DNA of 20,000 nt from an uncultured virus (IMG/VR IMGVR_UViG_3300005264_001596) (IMGVR_UViG_3300005264_001596); one strand, 5' to 3'. Shown: positions 9,416 to 18,384, numbered from the stretch's first letter. Notes: generated from the letters alone by a model not told the origin. Numbers and translations: made by a program.

Positions 9416-9787
9416 GAAATGGAACTTGGAATTTTACTAATAAATAATCAACCAAAAGCTGTTAAATTCTTAATGAGTATTTATGCAAATTCAACAGAGA
9501 GCCGAAGACGTTTTGCTCATTGGTTATATGATAATCCTTTTTCAAGTGGTACAAATTATTCTGAAAAAGGTTTTAGAAATAAACCAGTTGATATTATGAA
9601 TAATCAAATGAATTCAATAGGATTAAATTTAAATATGGTTTATGAAAGTCCTAAATCATATGCTAAACGAATTAACAAAAATGGTGATAATATGGAAGAT
9701 GCTATTAATAATGATTTAAATAAAGTTAAAAATATTAATGAACTATCATTTTTATTAAAAAGAGAAATTAATAAATCAGGCAAATAG
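9416..9787 (+). CDS. rpoB: RNAP beta-like C-terminal half, exon 2
   Basis: Starts GAA ATG GAA (EME), completing the GEME motif; NQMNSIGLNL resembles the beta C-terminal ELxSLGL motif. Confidence 0.9.
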   Translation, partial: EMELGILLINNQPKAVKFLMSIYANSTESRRRFAHWLYDNPFSSGTNYSEKGFRNKPVDIMNNQMNSIGLNLNMVYESPKSYAKRINKNGDNMEDAINNDLNKVKNINELSFLLKREINKSGK

Positions 9788-9801
9788 CCTGATTTGTTTT
9801 T
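9773..9801 (+). terminator. Intrinsic terminator overlapping the stop codon
   Basis: aaatcaggc-aaata-gcctgattt followed by gttttt. Confidence 0.75.
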
Positions 9802-9824
9802 CCTTATATAGGAGGTGTTAATTT

Positions 9825-10445
9825 ATGAACAGAGGAATGTCTTTTAATTTTAAATCTAAAGATAATTATATAAATGACTCTATATCTTTATCAATAATTG
9901 CATCAATTGATAATAAATATTCAAATAAAAAACTTATTAAAAAATTAGATAAATATATATTAGATGTTTTTAATAATTTGACATTTAATGAATATTCTCT
10001 ATTTCTGATTTTCGTTGGAATAAATGAATCAGCCCCTTTATTAATTAAAGCATTAAATAAACTCAGAGATGATAAATATGAGAATATGATAATAATAGCA
10101 GTATCATCTAAATATAATGAGACTAAAAAATTTTCAAAAAAGATTAGAAAAGAATTAGAATATTATTTAGATTATGTAGATGAATATATAAGTATAAAAA
10201 AAGAATATTCCGATTATATGCAACAAAGAGAAGAATATTCAGATTTAGCATATAATTTATTACCGAGTATTATTGATTCATTTATTTCTAAAACAGGTGT
10301 ACTCAAATTTTTAATTAAAAATACATCACATAGTATAAACATATGGGATGGTACAAAAAATACACTTTTAAATCCAAATGAATTTAAAAAATGTGTAATT
10401 GAAGATAAAACTCATAAAACAAGATTCTTAGACTTACGTAAATAA
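9825..10445 (+). CDS. Putative SLOG-superfamily (YpsA/DUF1273-like) protein
   Basis: GGAGG SD; beta/alpha pattern IFVGINE...IIIAV...YVDEYISI...MQQREEY...SHSINIWDG resembles YpsA-type MQxRNxYM and LIAVWDG motifs. Confidence 0.45.
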   Translation: MNRGMSFNFKSKDNYINDSISLSIIASIDNKYSNKKLIKKLDKYILDVFNNLTFNEYSLFLIFVGINESAPLLIKALNKLRDDKYENMIIIAVSSKYNETKKFSKKIRKELEYYLDYVDEYISIKKEYSDYMQQREEYSDLAYNLLPSIIDSFISKTGVLKFLIKNTSHSINIWDGTKNTLLNPNEFKKCVIEDKTHKTRFLDLRK

Positions 10446-10449
10446 AGTA

Positions 10450-10467
10450 TATATTATTATAATAGAA
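10450..10467 (+). promoter_or_regulatory. Candidate early promoter TATATTAT-N5-TAGAA
   Basis: tatattat tataa tagaa upstream of the ligase. Confidence 0.55.
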
Positions 10468-10480
10468 AGGAGAAGATGAT

Positions 10481-12553
10481 ATGAAAAAAATAAAATATTT
10501 AAAAGAAGTTTATGATAATAATCAATTATTACGATGCTCATTAATCATTAGAGATAAGAAACATTATAAGTTCATAAATAAATTTATTTATGAAAAAGAT
10601 TTAAGTGAAAATGAAATAAAATTAGCTGGTCTTATTATTGAGATATGTAAAACGATATATGATAGTAATAGTAATATTGCTGTACCAATTAATGATTTTC
10701 ACTATGATAAATTACTTGAGAAATATAAAAAATATCATAATGAACCATTTGGAAGACCAACAAGTTCTGAAACTTATGATTTCCCAAAATTAGCTGGCAC
10801 ATTAGATAAATGTTATTATTTTGATAATTGGATGGATAAAGTAAGTAAATTAAATATATTTCCAATTGAATTATCTGATAAAAAAGATGGCAATTCAATA
10901 GCAGTTACTTTAGTTAGACATGGCAATAAAATGAAAGTTGAAAAAGCAACAACTAGAGGTAATAAAGAAGAAGGGGTTAATGTAACTAAAATATTTAAAG
11001 GTTATGAATTTGATAATATGAAATTTGACCGAATTGGGTTACAGTTTGAATTTATGATTGATAAGAAGAGTAAAGAAGAATTTGAATTAATGAAAGGTAA
11101 AACATATAAAACTTTAAGAAGTTGCTCTAGTGCATTATTAACATCTATGCAATATGCAAAATCATATGAAGAACTTAAAGAATTACAAAAATTTATGAAA
11201 TTAAGTTTATTAAATTATGATTATGAGGATAATTCTGATTATGAGTCAGTTGTATTACAAAAAATAACAAAATCAATACCTTCTATAAATAGATTAAATA
11301 AAGATATAATTTATATTGATTCTGATTTTACTAAGAAAAATGCATTGAAAAAAGTATTCTTCAATAGGATAGAAAAATATATTAATAATAAACTAGATGA
11401 GAGAGATAAGTTGGATTATGCAATCGATGGCATAGTGATAACTTTATTAAATCATAAAGCAGTTTCAGAATTAGGTAGAAAGAATAATATAAATAAATAT
11501 CAAATAGCTTATAAATTTCCTGAAACAAAAAAAATGACAACTGTAAGACATTTAGTTGAGAAACGAGGTAAATTTAATTATATAGGATTATTAGCAGATG
11601 TAGACACGGTATTACTAAATGGAACTGAGCATCATCTTGGTCAAATACATTCTTTAAAAAAATTTAAAGAACTTGACTTAAGAGTTGGTGACGAAGTTTA
11701 TTTAAAATATAGTGGAGATGTGATACCATTTTTATATAAAGAAGAGGGATTAAAAATTGGAACAGGTCCTAAATTAAAACTTCCAACAATATGTAATTTA
11801 TGTGGACATCAATTACACGAAATGAATAGTATGCTTAGGTGTACAAATGAAGAATGTCCTGGAATGATTAATGGTAAATTAACAACATTTTGTGAAAGAG
11901 TCGGAATTGAGAATATCTCTGGTAAAAGATTAGAAAAAGTAACTGAACTTGATAGGGTGAACACACCATATGATTTGTTACTTATAACAGAGGAGGAGCT
12001 TCGTTCGATCGGTATAAATACTGAAAAAACAATTCAGTTGTATCTTAGAGAATTCAATAAAGTACGAAAAGGCATATACGACTATCAGCTATTATCTGGA
12101 TTATCCATTGATAAATTGGGTAGGCGTGCTTCGAAAACTTTATTAGAGAACATATCCCTGACTGAGATGGTCCTTCTCCCTTATGCGGAGTTGTATGCTA
12201 AGATTATATCTATACCAGGTCATAAAGAAAAGAAAGCCACTCTGTATACTGAAGGTATTATTAAAAACCGAGAACTATTACAAAAACTGATTAGTATTAT
12301 AAAAATAAAAGAAAATAAAAAGATCAAAGTTTATGATAAAAAGATTTTAGTATCTGGAATTAGAGGTGATAAAGAATTAGAAAACCATGCAAATAAACTT
12401 GGATATGGTGTATCAGAATCAGCTTGGAAAGATGTATCTATATTAGTTATTAGAGATCCGAGTTTTAAAAATAAAACGAAAGGTAAGAAAGCTATAAAGA
12501 AGAATATTCCAATAATGACATTAAATGAATTTATGAATTATAAAGGAGTATAA
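10481..12553 (+). CDS. ligA: NAD+-dependent DNA ligase
   Basis: DFHYDKL (domain Ia), KKDG adenylation motif, ATTRGN, AIDGIV, IAYKF, GDVIP, Zn finger CNLC...RCTNEEC, HhH repeats, C-terminal BRCT. Confidence 0.95.
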   Translation: MKKIKYLKEVYDNNQLLRCSLIIRDKKHYKFINKFIYEKDLSENEIKLAGLIIEICKTIYDSNSNIAVPINDFHYDKLLEKYKKYHNEPFGRPTSSETYDFPKLAGTLDKCYYFDNWMDKVSKLNIFPIELSDKKDGNSIAVTLVRHGNKMKVEKATTRGNKEEGVNVTKIFKGYEFDNMKFDRIGLQFEFMIDKKSKEEFELMKGKTYKTLRSCSSALLTSMQYAKSYEELKELQKFMKLSLLNYDYEDNSDYESVVLQKITKSIPSINRLNKDIIYIDSDFTKKNALKKVFFNRIEKYINNKLDERDKLDYAIDGIVITLLNHKAVSELGRKNNINKYQIAYKFPETKKMTTVRHLVEKRGKFNYIGLLADVDTVLLNGTEHHLGQIHSLKKFKELDLRVGDEVYLKYSGDVIPFLYKEEGLKIGTGPKLKLPTICNLCGHQLHEMNSMLRCTNEECPGMINGKLTTFCERVGIENISGKRLEKVTELDRVNTPYDLLLITEEELRSIGINTEKTIQLYLREFNKVRKGIYDYQLLSGLSIDKLGRRASKTLLENISLTEMVLLPYAELYAKIISIPGHKEKKATLYTEGIIKNRELLQKLISIIKIKENKKIKVYDKKILVSGIRGDKELENHANKLGYGVSESAWKDVSILVIRDPSFKNKTKGKKAIKKNIPIMTLNEFMNYKGV

Positions 12554-12556
12554 AAA

Positions 12557-13060
12557 ATGAAAAATACTCTTATCTATTGCAGTAATAAATTAGATGCAAT
12601 ATCAATTATTAACCAGTTTGTAAAAAATAAATATGATATTAAATTATATACCTTAAAAGATGGTCCTAAATTAATAGACATAAATCATAAAACTAAAATA
12701 ATTAAATTTAGAGATATTCAAACTTTTAAAATGAATTTAAAATATTTAAATTCATTTGATGATATATTTGTATATAATTATAAACCTAATTTTATAAAAG
12801 TATATGATGCTGGTAAGATTAAATATTCTATAGATAAAATGGGTGTAATTAGATTACATCCATTTGATATAGCCCACTCAGATATAATAGAACCACAAAA
12901 CGCATTATACGGTGGATATATAAATATTGAAAAGGGTGCAATTAGTACTCCATATTTTTATTCTACATCATTAGGTGTATCATCACCAACTGAAATGTCT
13001 GAATTAAATTCTATTATTAGAAGAATTATAATGGGTGATTTTATATCTACATTATTTTAA
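12557..13060 (+). CDS. Hypothetical protein
   Basis: AAGGAG SD inside the ligase 3' end; 167-aa ORF. Confidence 0.7.
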   Translation: MKNTLIYCSNKLDAISIINQFVKNKYDIKLYTLKDGPKLIDINHKTKIIKFRDIQTFKMNLKYLNSFDDIFVYNYKPNFIKVYDAGKIKYSIDKMGVIRLHPFDIAHSDIIEPQNALYGGYINIEKGAISTPYFYSTSLGVSSPTEMSELNSIIRRIIMGDFISTLF

Positions 13061-13085
13061 TTAATGCTGGATAGAAGATTAGGTA

Positions 13086-13103
13086 TATATTATACCTGTA
13101 GAA
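13086..13103 (+). promoter_or_regulatory. Candidate early promoter TATATTAT-N5-TAGAA
   Basis: tatattat acctg tagaa. Confidence 0.6.
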
Positions 13104-13127
13104 TAGAATATAGGAGGTTATAAAATA

Positions 13128-13685
13128 ATGAACAAATTGATTTTCAGTTTACTTAATTCAACTGTAGCATCAGCATCTGATTCTACAAAATTAACTATTG
13201 TTAGTAATGGATTAAAAATTAGTAGAAAGGGCGATGGTGAAATAGAAATTAAAACTACATCAAAAGATAGTAAAAATGGTTTAGCTGATTTAGCTATTGG
13301 TGAATTATTAAAATCTATAGGTTTAAAAGGTTCAGTTAAATTTCTTGATAATTTTCTTATATCATTAAGAAGAGCTATGATTAAATCTAGTACTAAAAAA
13401 ATGGTTGGAATGCCTAGTAATATAGTAGAAAAAATGTTTAGATTAATGGTATCAGAAGGTTTCTTAGATGATGCTCAAATAGATACAATTATTAAGAATA
13501 ACGGTATGAGTGAAAAAAATAAATTAAACATACTATTGAAAAAATTGAAAAGTAATAAAAAGAAACAAACTAAAATTAAAAATGATAAGAAGAAAAACAA
13601 AGAATTAGATGAAAATAAAAAAGGAAATTTTAAGTTTAGTTTCACAAAGAAAATGAAAAAGAAAATTTCTAAATCATCTAAATAG
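13128..13685 (+). CDS. Hypothetical basic protein with Lys-rich C-terminal tail
   Basis: AGGAGG SD; last ~55 residues are very K-rich. Confidence 0.75.
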   Translation: MNKLIFSLLNSTVASASDSTKLTIVSNGLKISRKGDGEIEIKTTSKDSKNGLADLAIGELLKSIGLKGSVKFLDNFLISLRRAMIKSSTKKMVGMPSNIVEKMFRLMVSEGFLDDAQIDTIIKNNGMSEKNKLNILLKKLKSNKKKQTKIKNDKKKNKELDENKKGNFKFSFTKKMKKKISKSSK

Positions 13686-13751
13686 ACAGGATATAATACT
13701 ATTAAGTATTTATCATAAACGGGTTATTATAAAATATAGGAGGAAATAATA

Positions 13752-14372
13752 ATGAGCTTAGTAAACGCAATGACTAAAACTGGAAAGATGTTCTTTGAAT
13801 TGGTGAATGACAGAATGATGGAATACGCATTAACAACTTTGCATAACTCAATTACTTATTCATTAAGAGTTGACAAAAAGGTTGATTTGGGTTTAATGAA
13901 ATTGGAGATTGTAAAACAAGGTGAGGGAAAAGCATCAGCACTTATACCATCTATAACATTAAATGATGAATTCATTAAATATGTTGAGGATGATGATATT
14001 ACATTTGATGAAATCACTTTAGATCATATTTATGATATCGTATCTAAAGCAGTAACAAAAAGTACATTTAAAAAATCATACATCGAAATTGCTAGAGGAA
14101 AAATATATGATATTGATAAAAATAAACTTGTAGAAGGAAATGCTAATTCAGCTAGAGTAGTAAATACTAATGAGGATGAATTAATTGCAACTGTTGTTGT
14201 ATTCTTTGCAACTATCTTAGAAGATCTTAATGAAAATAAAGGTGAAGAATCTTATACAATCAATACTGATATTGCTGACTTCATTGTTAAAGTTACAGGT
14301 AAAAATACTAAAGTATCAGCAGCACCATCTAAAACACTTAAGCAATTAATTAAAGATGATGAAGCAAAATAA
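13752..14372 (+). CDS. Putative tandem HU/IHF-like DNA-binding protein
   Basis: Two units of helix + strand + P..L/F-K helix: KKVDLGLMKLEI...IPSITLNDEFIKYV and YTINTDIADFIV...VSAAPSKTLKQLIK (cf. HU KFKPGKALKDAV); strong SD and terminator. Confidence 0.45.
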   Translation: MSLVNAMTKTGKMFFELVNDRMMEYALTTLHNSITYSLRVDKKVDLGLMKLEIVKQGEGKASALIPSITLNDEFIKYVEDDDITFDEITLDHIYDIVSKAVTKSTFKKSYIEIARGKIYDIDKNKLVEGNANSARVVNTNEDELIATVVVFFATILEDLNENKGEESYTINTDIADFIVKVTGKNTKVSAAPSKTLKQLIKDDEAK

Positions 14373-14380
14373 TAAAATAT

Positions 14381-14414
14381 TAAAAGGTAGAAATATTTCT
14401 ACCTTTTATTTTTT
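14381..14414 (+). terminator. Intrinsic terminator
   Basis: taaaaggtagaa-atat-ttctacctttta plus T run. Confidence 0.85.
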
Positions 14415-14444
14415 ATCTTCATAAATAAAACTGGAGGTATTTTC

Positions 14445-15875
14445 ATGAATATAGGACAATTTCGTTCTAATTTTTCACATAAAAAAGAAGAATTTAATTC
14501 AAAATTATTTAATATAGACGAAAATAAAGCAATATGGGAATATGTTGTAGATTACTTTAAACAATTTAAATCACCAAATTTTGAATTAATAGATTGGTCA
14601 TATGATGATAAACCACATAAAATCAATGAACATTTACAACGAATAAATATTAAAAATAAAAAGATTCGAGATAATCAAGAGATAATAAATATTGTACCTA
14701 TAGGTGATACTTTTATAGGAGAATTAAAACTTACTTGGTTACTTAGAGATAATAAGAAAACTAAAGTAGTTGAGAAAAGCTTATATATTCCTCAATATAT
14801 AAATAATCAATTATTTATAAATGGTAATAGTATTTTACCTGTAAAGCAAATAATTGATACTATATACTCGGTAGAATATAAAAATAAAATAGCTATAAAA
14901 TCTTATTCAACTATAACTATATCCAAAGTTAGTACAGACATTATTAAGTACAACAAGGCTTTTGAAGAATCCAAAGCTAAATTTAATTATTTTGAAATAA
15001 ATATATTTGGTAAAAAATTTAGTCCACTTATTTTCTTCTTTCCTATATATGGGGTTAGAAGAACATTACGTTATTTTAAACTTAATAATATTATGGAAAT
15101 TATACCAACTGATTCTAAATTAATTGATCATGAATTAAATAATTATTATAAAATAAATGATAATATAATGCTAGAAGTACTTAAGTGTAGATCTCATATG
15201 AAAGCTAATAATAATTATATTACTAATATGATATCAACTGTAATTGAGTCATTTAATGAAAATGTTACAATAGATGATATAAATGATAATGATAAAGATT
15301 TTTGGTATTCATATATAGGTAATATTTATAGTAATAGTAAATCTATTAATACTATAATGAAAAAAGGTAAAACTATAGTGAACCTATCATTTAAATTAGC
15401 TTTAGATTACTTGACTAAAAGTATTCTTGATTTACCTGAAGAACATAAAAAAGATACTTGGGCTATTGTTAGATATATGATGTTTCATTTTAATGATATC
15501 GTTAAGAAAAAGCATAATATAAATTATAAAAGAATGAGACAAAATGAATATATTGCATTAGCTTTTATACATTCAAGAGATTATGCATTACGTTCATTTA
15601 TAAATGGTCGATTTAAAAAGATTAAACAAATTGAAAAATTATTTCATTTTAAACCTAATTCATTAATTAAAAATATAATGAAGAAAAAAGAGATTTCAAA
15701 ATTAGTTAGATATAATCCTAATATAAATGATCTGCAAGCTATAAATCTTTTAAGATTCTCATTTGCTGGATTAGGTGGTATTAGTGGTAAAGTCGTAAGC
15801 GATAGTGCTATAGATTATTATCCTAATTATTTATTTAAAATAGATCCTGTATCAAATTCAACCTCAAGTCCAGGT
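14445..15875 (+). CDS. rpoB: Phage multisubunit RNAP beta-like subunit, N-terminal half, exon 1 (spliced product about 619 aa)
   Basis: LYIPQY...LFINGNSILPVKQI (cf. FIINGxERVxxxQL), YKRMRQNE, LRFSFAGLGGI (cf. RLSALGPGGL), YYPNYLFKIDPVSNSTSSPG (cf. HPTHYGRxCPIETPEG). Confidence 0.88.
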
Positions 15876-16273
15876 AAACTTATAATGCCTACTATTTTTT
15901 AATTGCGGGGAACTGATGGCTTGACCATCGGGAATATGAATTCCTCTTTATAAGTTCTAACTACTAAACTATTGTAGTAATATAATAGTGGCAAGGAGTA
16001 ACTTCCAAGGTATAGTAAAAAGGTTAGGAATAAAGACAATCCGCATCCAAGCTTCTTTAGTAGGAAAAGAAGAAGGTTCAACGACTATCCCAAAAGGGAG
16101 TACACTATAAGCTAATGATAGTGGAAATAGAAATACATTCATATAATCGCTAGAGGACGCAGATTGGACATCTGATAATTATATGAGTGAAGATATAGTC
16201 TAGTCTATATATAGATATATAGCAGTTCATAAGAGAACGGTATAAAGAGTTGCGTCTTTATATGAATACATCG
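15876..16273 (+). ncRNA. Group I self-splicing intron (IA2-like), 398 nt, no homing endonuclease
   Basis: 5' exon ends in U15875; P1 AGGU/GCCU (15887-15890); P10 UAAU pairs with 3' exon AUUA; same core elements as intron 1; terminal G16273; excision gives SSPG|ITGLITPF in frame. Confidence 0.92.
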
Positions 16274-16702
16274 ATTACTGGCTTAATCACTCCATTTACT
16301 AAATTAGATAAACAAGGATATTTTCATTCAGGTAAAAAAGAACCATATGGTAAAATGGATATAATGACTGATTCATTAATTAAATTTTTCAATAATAATG
16401 AAAAAGCTAAAGAATTTAATAATAACAGATTAACTAGAAGGGAATTAAATTACGGTAATATTAATTTTACTCCTAAAAAAATAATTAATTCTAAAAAAAT
16501 AATGTCATTTAAATTAATAGATAATAAAGTTAAATCATTTACATTTGAGTTTAAAAATTCAGCTAAACATAAGGTATATGATTATAAATTTAAGCGATCA
16601 ATGGAACGAGATACTACAGGAAATTTTGTATTTGCATTTAAACGATCTTGGATAAAACGAATGGCTTTTAGAAAGAAAAAAATGAGATATGTAAAAAAAT
16701 AA
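16274..16702 (+). CDS. rpoB: RNAP beta-like N-terminal half, exon 2
   Basis: ITGLITPFTKLDKQGYF matches beta NIGLIxxLxxYAxxNxYGF; basic C-terminal extension. Confidence 0.85.
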   Translation: MTGLITPFTKLDKQGYFHSGKKEPYGKMDIMTDSLIKFFNNNEKAKEFNNNRLTRRELNYGNINFTPKKIINSKKIMSFKLIDNKVKSFTFEFKNSAKHKVYDYKFKRSMERDTTGNFVFAFKRSWIKRMAFRKKKMRYVKK

Positions 16703-16704
16703 AT

Positions 16705-16742
16705 AAAATTGAGTAGGGTATTAACCCTACTCTTATTTTTTT
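16705..16742. terminator. Probable bidirectional terminator between convergent genes
   Basis: gagtagggt-atta-accctactc with A-rich left flank and T-rich right flank. Confidence 0.85.
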
Positions 16743-16747
16743 GTATT

Positions 16748-17500
16748 TTAGTTTCTATATTCGAATCGACCAATAGCTGCAAGATTACCTTTAAGTGCTT
16801 CTTCTTGCATTTCTTTAATCCATTCTTTACGTTCATTATTTGCATCTCCCCAACTATCAATTTTCAATGATATATTTCCTAGAGGAGTTTCTAAATCTTC
16901 AACAAATTTTAATTTATTCCATAAATATATTTTGACATCAAATTCTGCCAATTCAAGAAATGTTTCACTTAATCCTTCTGGTATAGAAGCAAAATTGGGA
17001 TATTGCGTTTTCAATTTAAGTAATATATCTTTTGTACCATAACCTTTTAGTTTTACAATATTAGGGGGTACAAAATCCCATCGTTTAAATTTAAAACCCA
17101 TTTTAGATTTAAATGTACTTTGGAGTGAATAATCTAACATACCTTCTACATCAAAAGTATTTCCTCTAACACCACCAATACCACCTAAAAATCCTTCATT
17201 ATCTTTTACTGATATTATAGACATAATACTTACATTATTATTTTCTAATAAAGGATTGCCAATTTTATATTGATAATATCCATCAGGAGTTTCTTTTTCA
17301 TCATATAAAGTTGTAGCACTATCTGATTTATCAGCAATTATATAAGCATCTTCTAATTCATATGGTATTATTTGACTAAAAACTTTCATTGTTTTATCTT
17401 CTATTATACTTTTAATTTTAGGATAGTATTTTTCAAGATGTAACATATCTAAACCTAATCTGTATTCTATAATATCAGTCATAATATAATTTATATCCAT
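16748..17500 (-). CDS. Neck / head-tail connector protein (T4 gp13-like)
   Basis: C-terminal FLELAEFDVKIYLWNKLKFVEDLETPLGNISLKIDSWGDANNERKEW resembles the gp13 C-terminus; GGAGG SD; next to the prohead protease. Confidence 0.6.
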   Translation of the reverse strand: MDINYIMTDIIEYRLGLDMLHLEKYYPKIKSIIEDKTMKVFSQIIPYELEDAYIIADKSDSATTLYDEKETPDGYYQYKIGNPLLENNNVSIMSIISVKDNEGFLGGIGGVRGNTFDVEGMLDYSLQSTFKSKMGFKFKRWDFVPPNIVKLKGYGTKDILLKLKTQYPNFASIPEGLSETFLELAEFDVKIYLWNKLKFVEDLETPLGNISLKIDSWGDANNERKEWIKEMQEEALKGNLAAIGRFEYRN

Positions 17501-17514
17501 ATATCACACCTCCA

Positions 17515-18384
17515 TTATGGTAAAAGAATATTCTTGATATTTTTTCTTATAGATTTTTCAATTGGAACTAAAATAGTAGTTCCTTCATGTTGTATATAAT
17601 AAGCACCTAATGATGCATCAAGATATCCATTAACTGAAGCAGCTTCAAATAATTCACTAATCTTTTTAAATTCTGTAGATTTATTTTTCATTGCATCATT
17701 AATAAAAGATACAGCTTCAGATAAATTAATTTTTTCAGTTGCATCTTGTTGCATGTTATTTAATAATGCAGATTCATTTAAACTAATTAATTTAGTTCCA
17801 TAAGCTTCTTTATGAGAAGGTCTAAATACATAATCATAAGTTACAGTTATTAAACCACGATTTACTTCTTTTGTTTTTGGATTAACTGTTCCCATACCTC
17901 TATATGAAAAAGATGGAATAACACCAGCTAATGTATTATCTCTAAGATTAATACCATATCCTGATGGTAATGTTGTAATACGACCCATTAATAAATTATC
18001 TTCCCACCAAACTTTATTTATACGGTGTGAAGTTCTATCAGGCTGTATCATTGATTGTCTCATACCTTTTTCATTTGGTGATAATCCTTCTCCTAGAGGA
18101 TGTCCATATTCACCCATCCATTGATCATGACTTAAATCATTTTGAATAATAGGATTATTTTCAATTGATTCTTTTAACCAAGGTTTTATATATTTCTTTC
18201 CATTCCAATTCATAACTCCAGTAGATTGAAGCACAGTATCAAATGTAATAGTTTTAACTTTAATACCTGCTAAATTAATTTTTTGATCTTCTGAAATTAT
18301 TGTAGTTTTATTTTTTACTAGCTCAGGATCTAAATCCATTGCTGATTCATTAAAAAAATAAAAGTATTTATTATCTTCTTTCAT
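17515..18384 (-). CDS. Prohead core protease (T4 gp21-like)
   Basis: NWNGKKY, GEYGHP (catalytic His), SHRI, TLPSGYG, FSYRGMG (catalytic Ser), TYDYVFRPSH. Confidence 0.9.
   Translation of the reverse strand: MKEDNKYFYFFNESAMDLDPELVKNKTTIISEDQKINLAGIKVKTITFDTVLQSTGVMNWNGKKYIKPWLKESIENNPIIQNDLSHDQWMGEYGHPLGEGLSPNEKGMRQSMIQPDRTSHRINKVWWEDNLLMGRITTLPSGYGINLRDNTLAGVIPSFSYRGMGTVNPKTKEVNRGLITVTYDYVFRPSHKEAYGTKLISLNESALLNNMQQDATEKINLSEAVSFINDAMKNKSTEFKKISELFEAASVNGYLDASLGAYYIQHEGTTILVPIEKSIRKNIKNILLP

Noticed and set aside
10689..10898. 69-aa minus-strand ORF
   Set aside because: Shadow ORF antisense to the ligase
15899..16081. 60-aa minus-strand ORF
   Set aside because: Antisense to the intron 2 core; no coding signals
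7311..16702. RNAP genes as pseudogenes, intein-containing genes or stop-codon recoding
   Set aside because: The interruptions are fully explained by group I introns with in-frame junctions; no intein motifs; the other genes are intact under the standard bacterial code
16582..16860. 92-aa minus-strand ORF
   Set aside because: Crosses the bidirectional terminator and overlaps two better-supported genes
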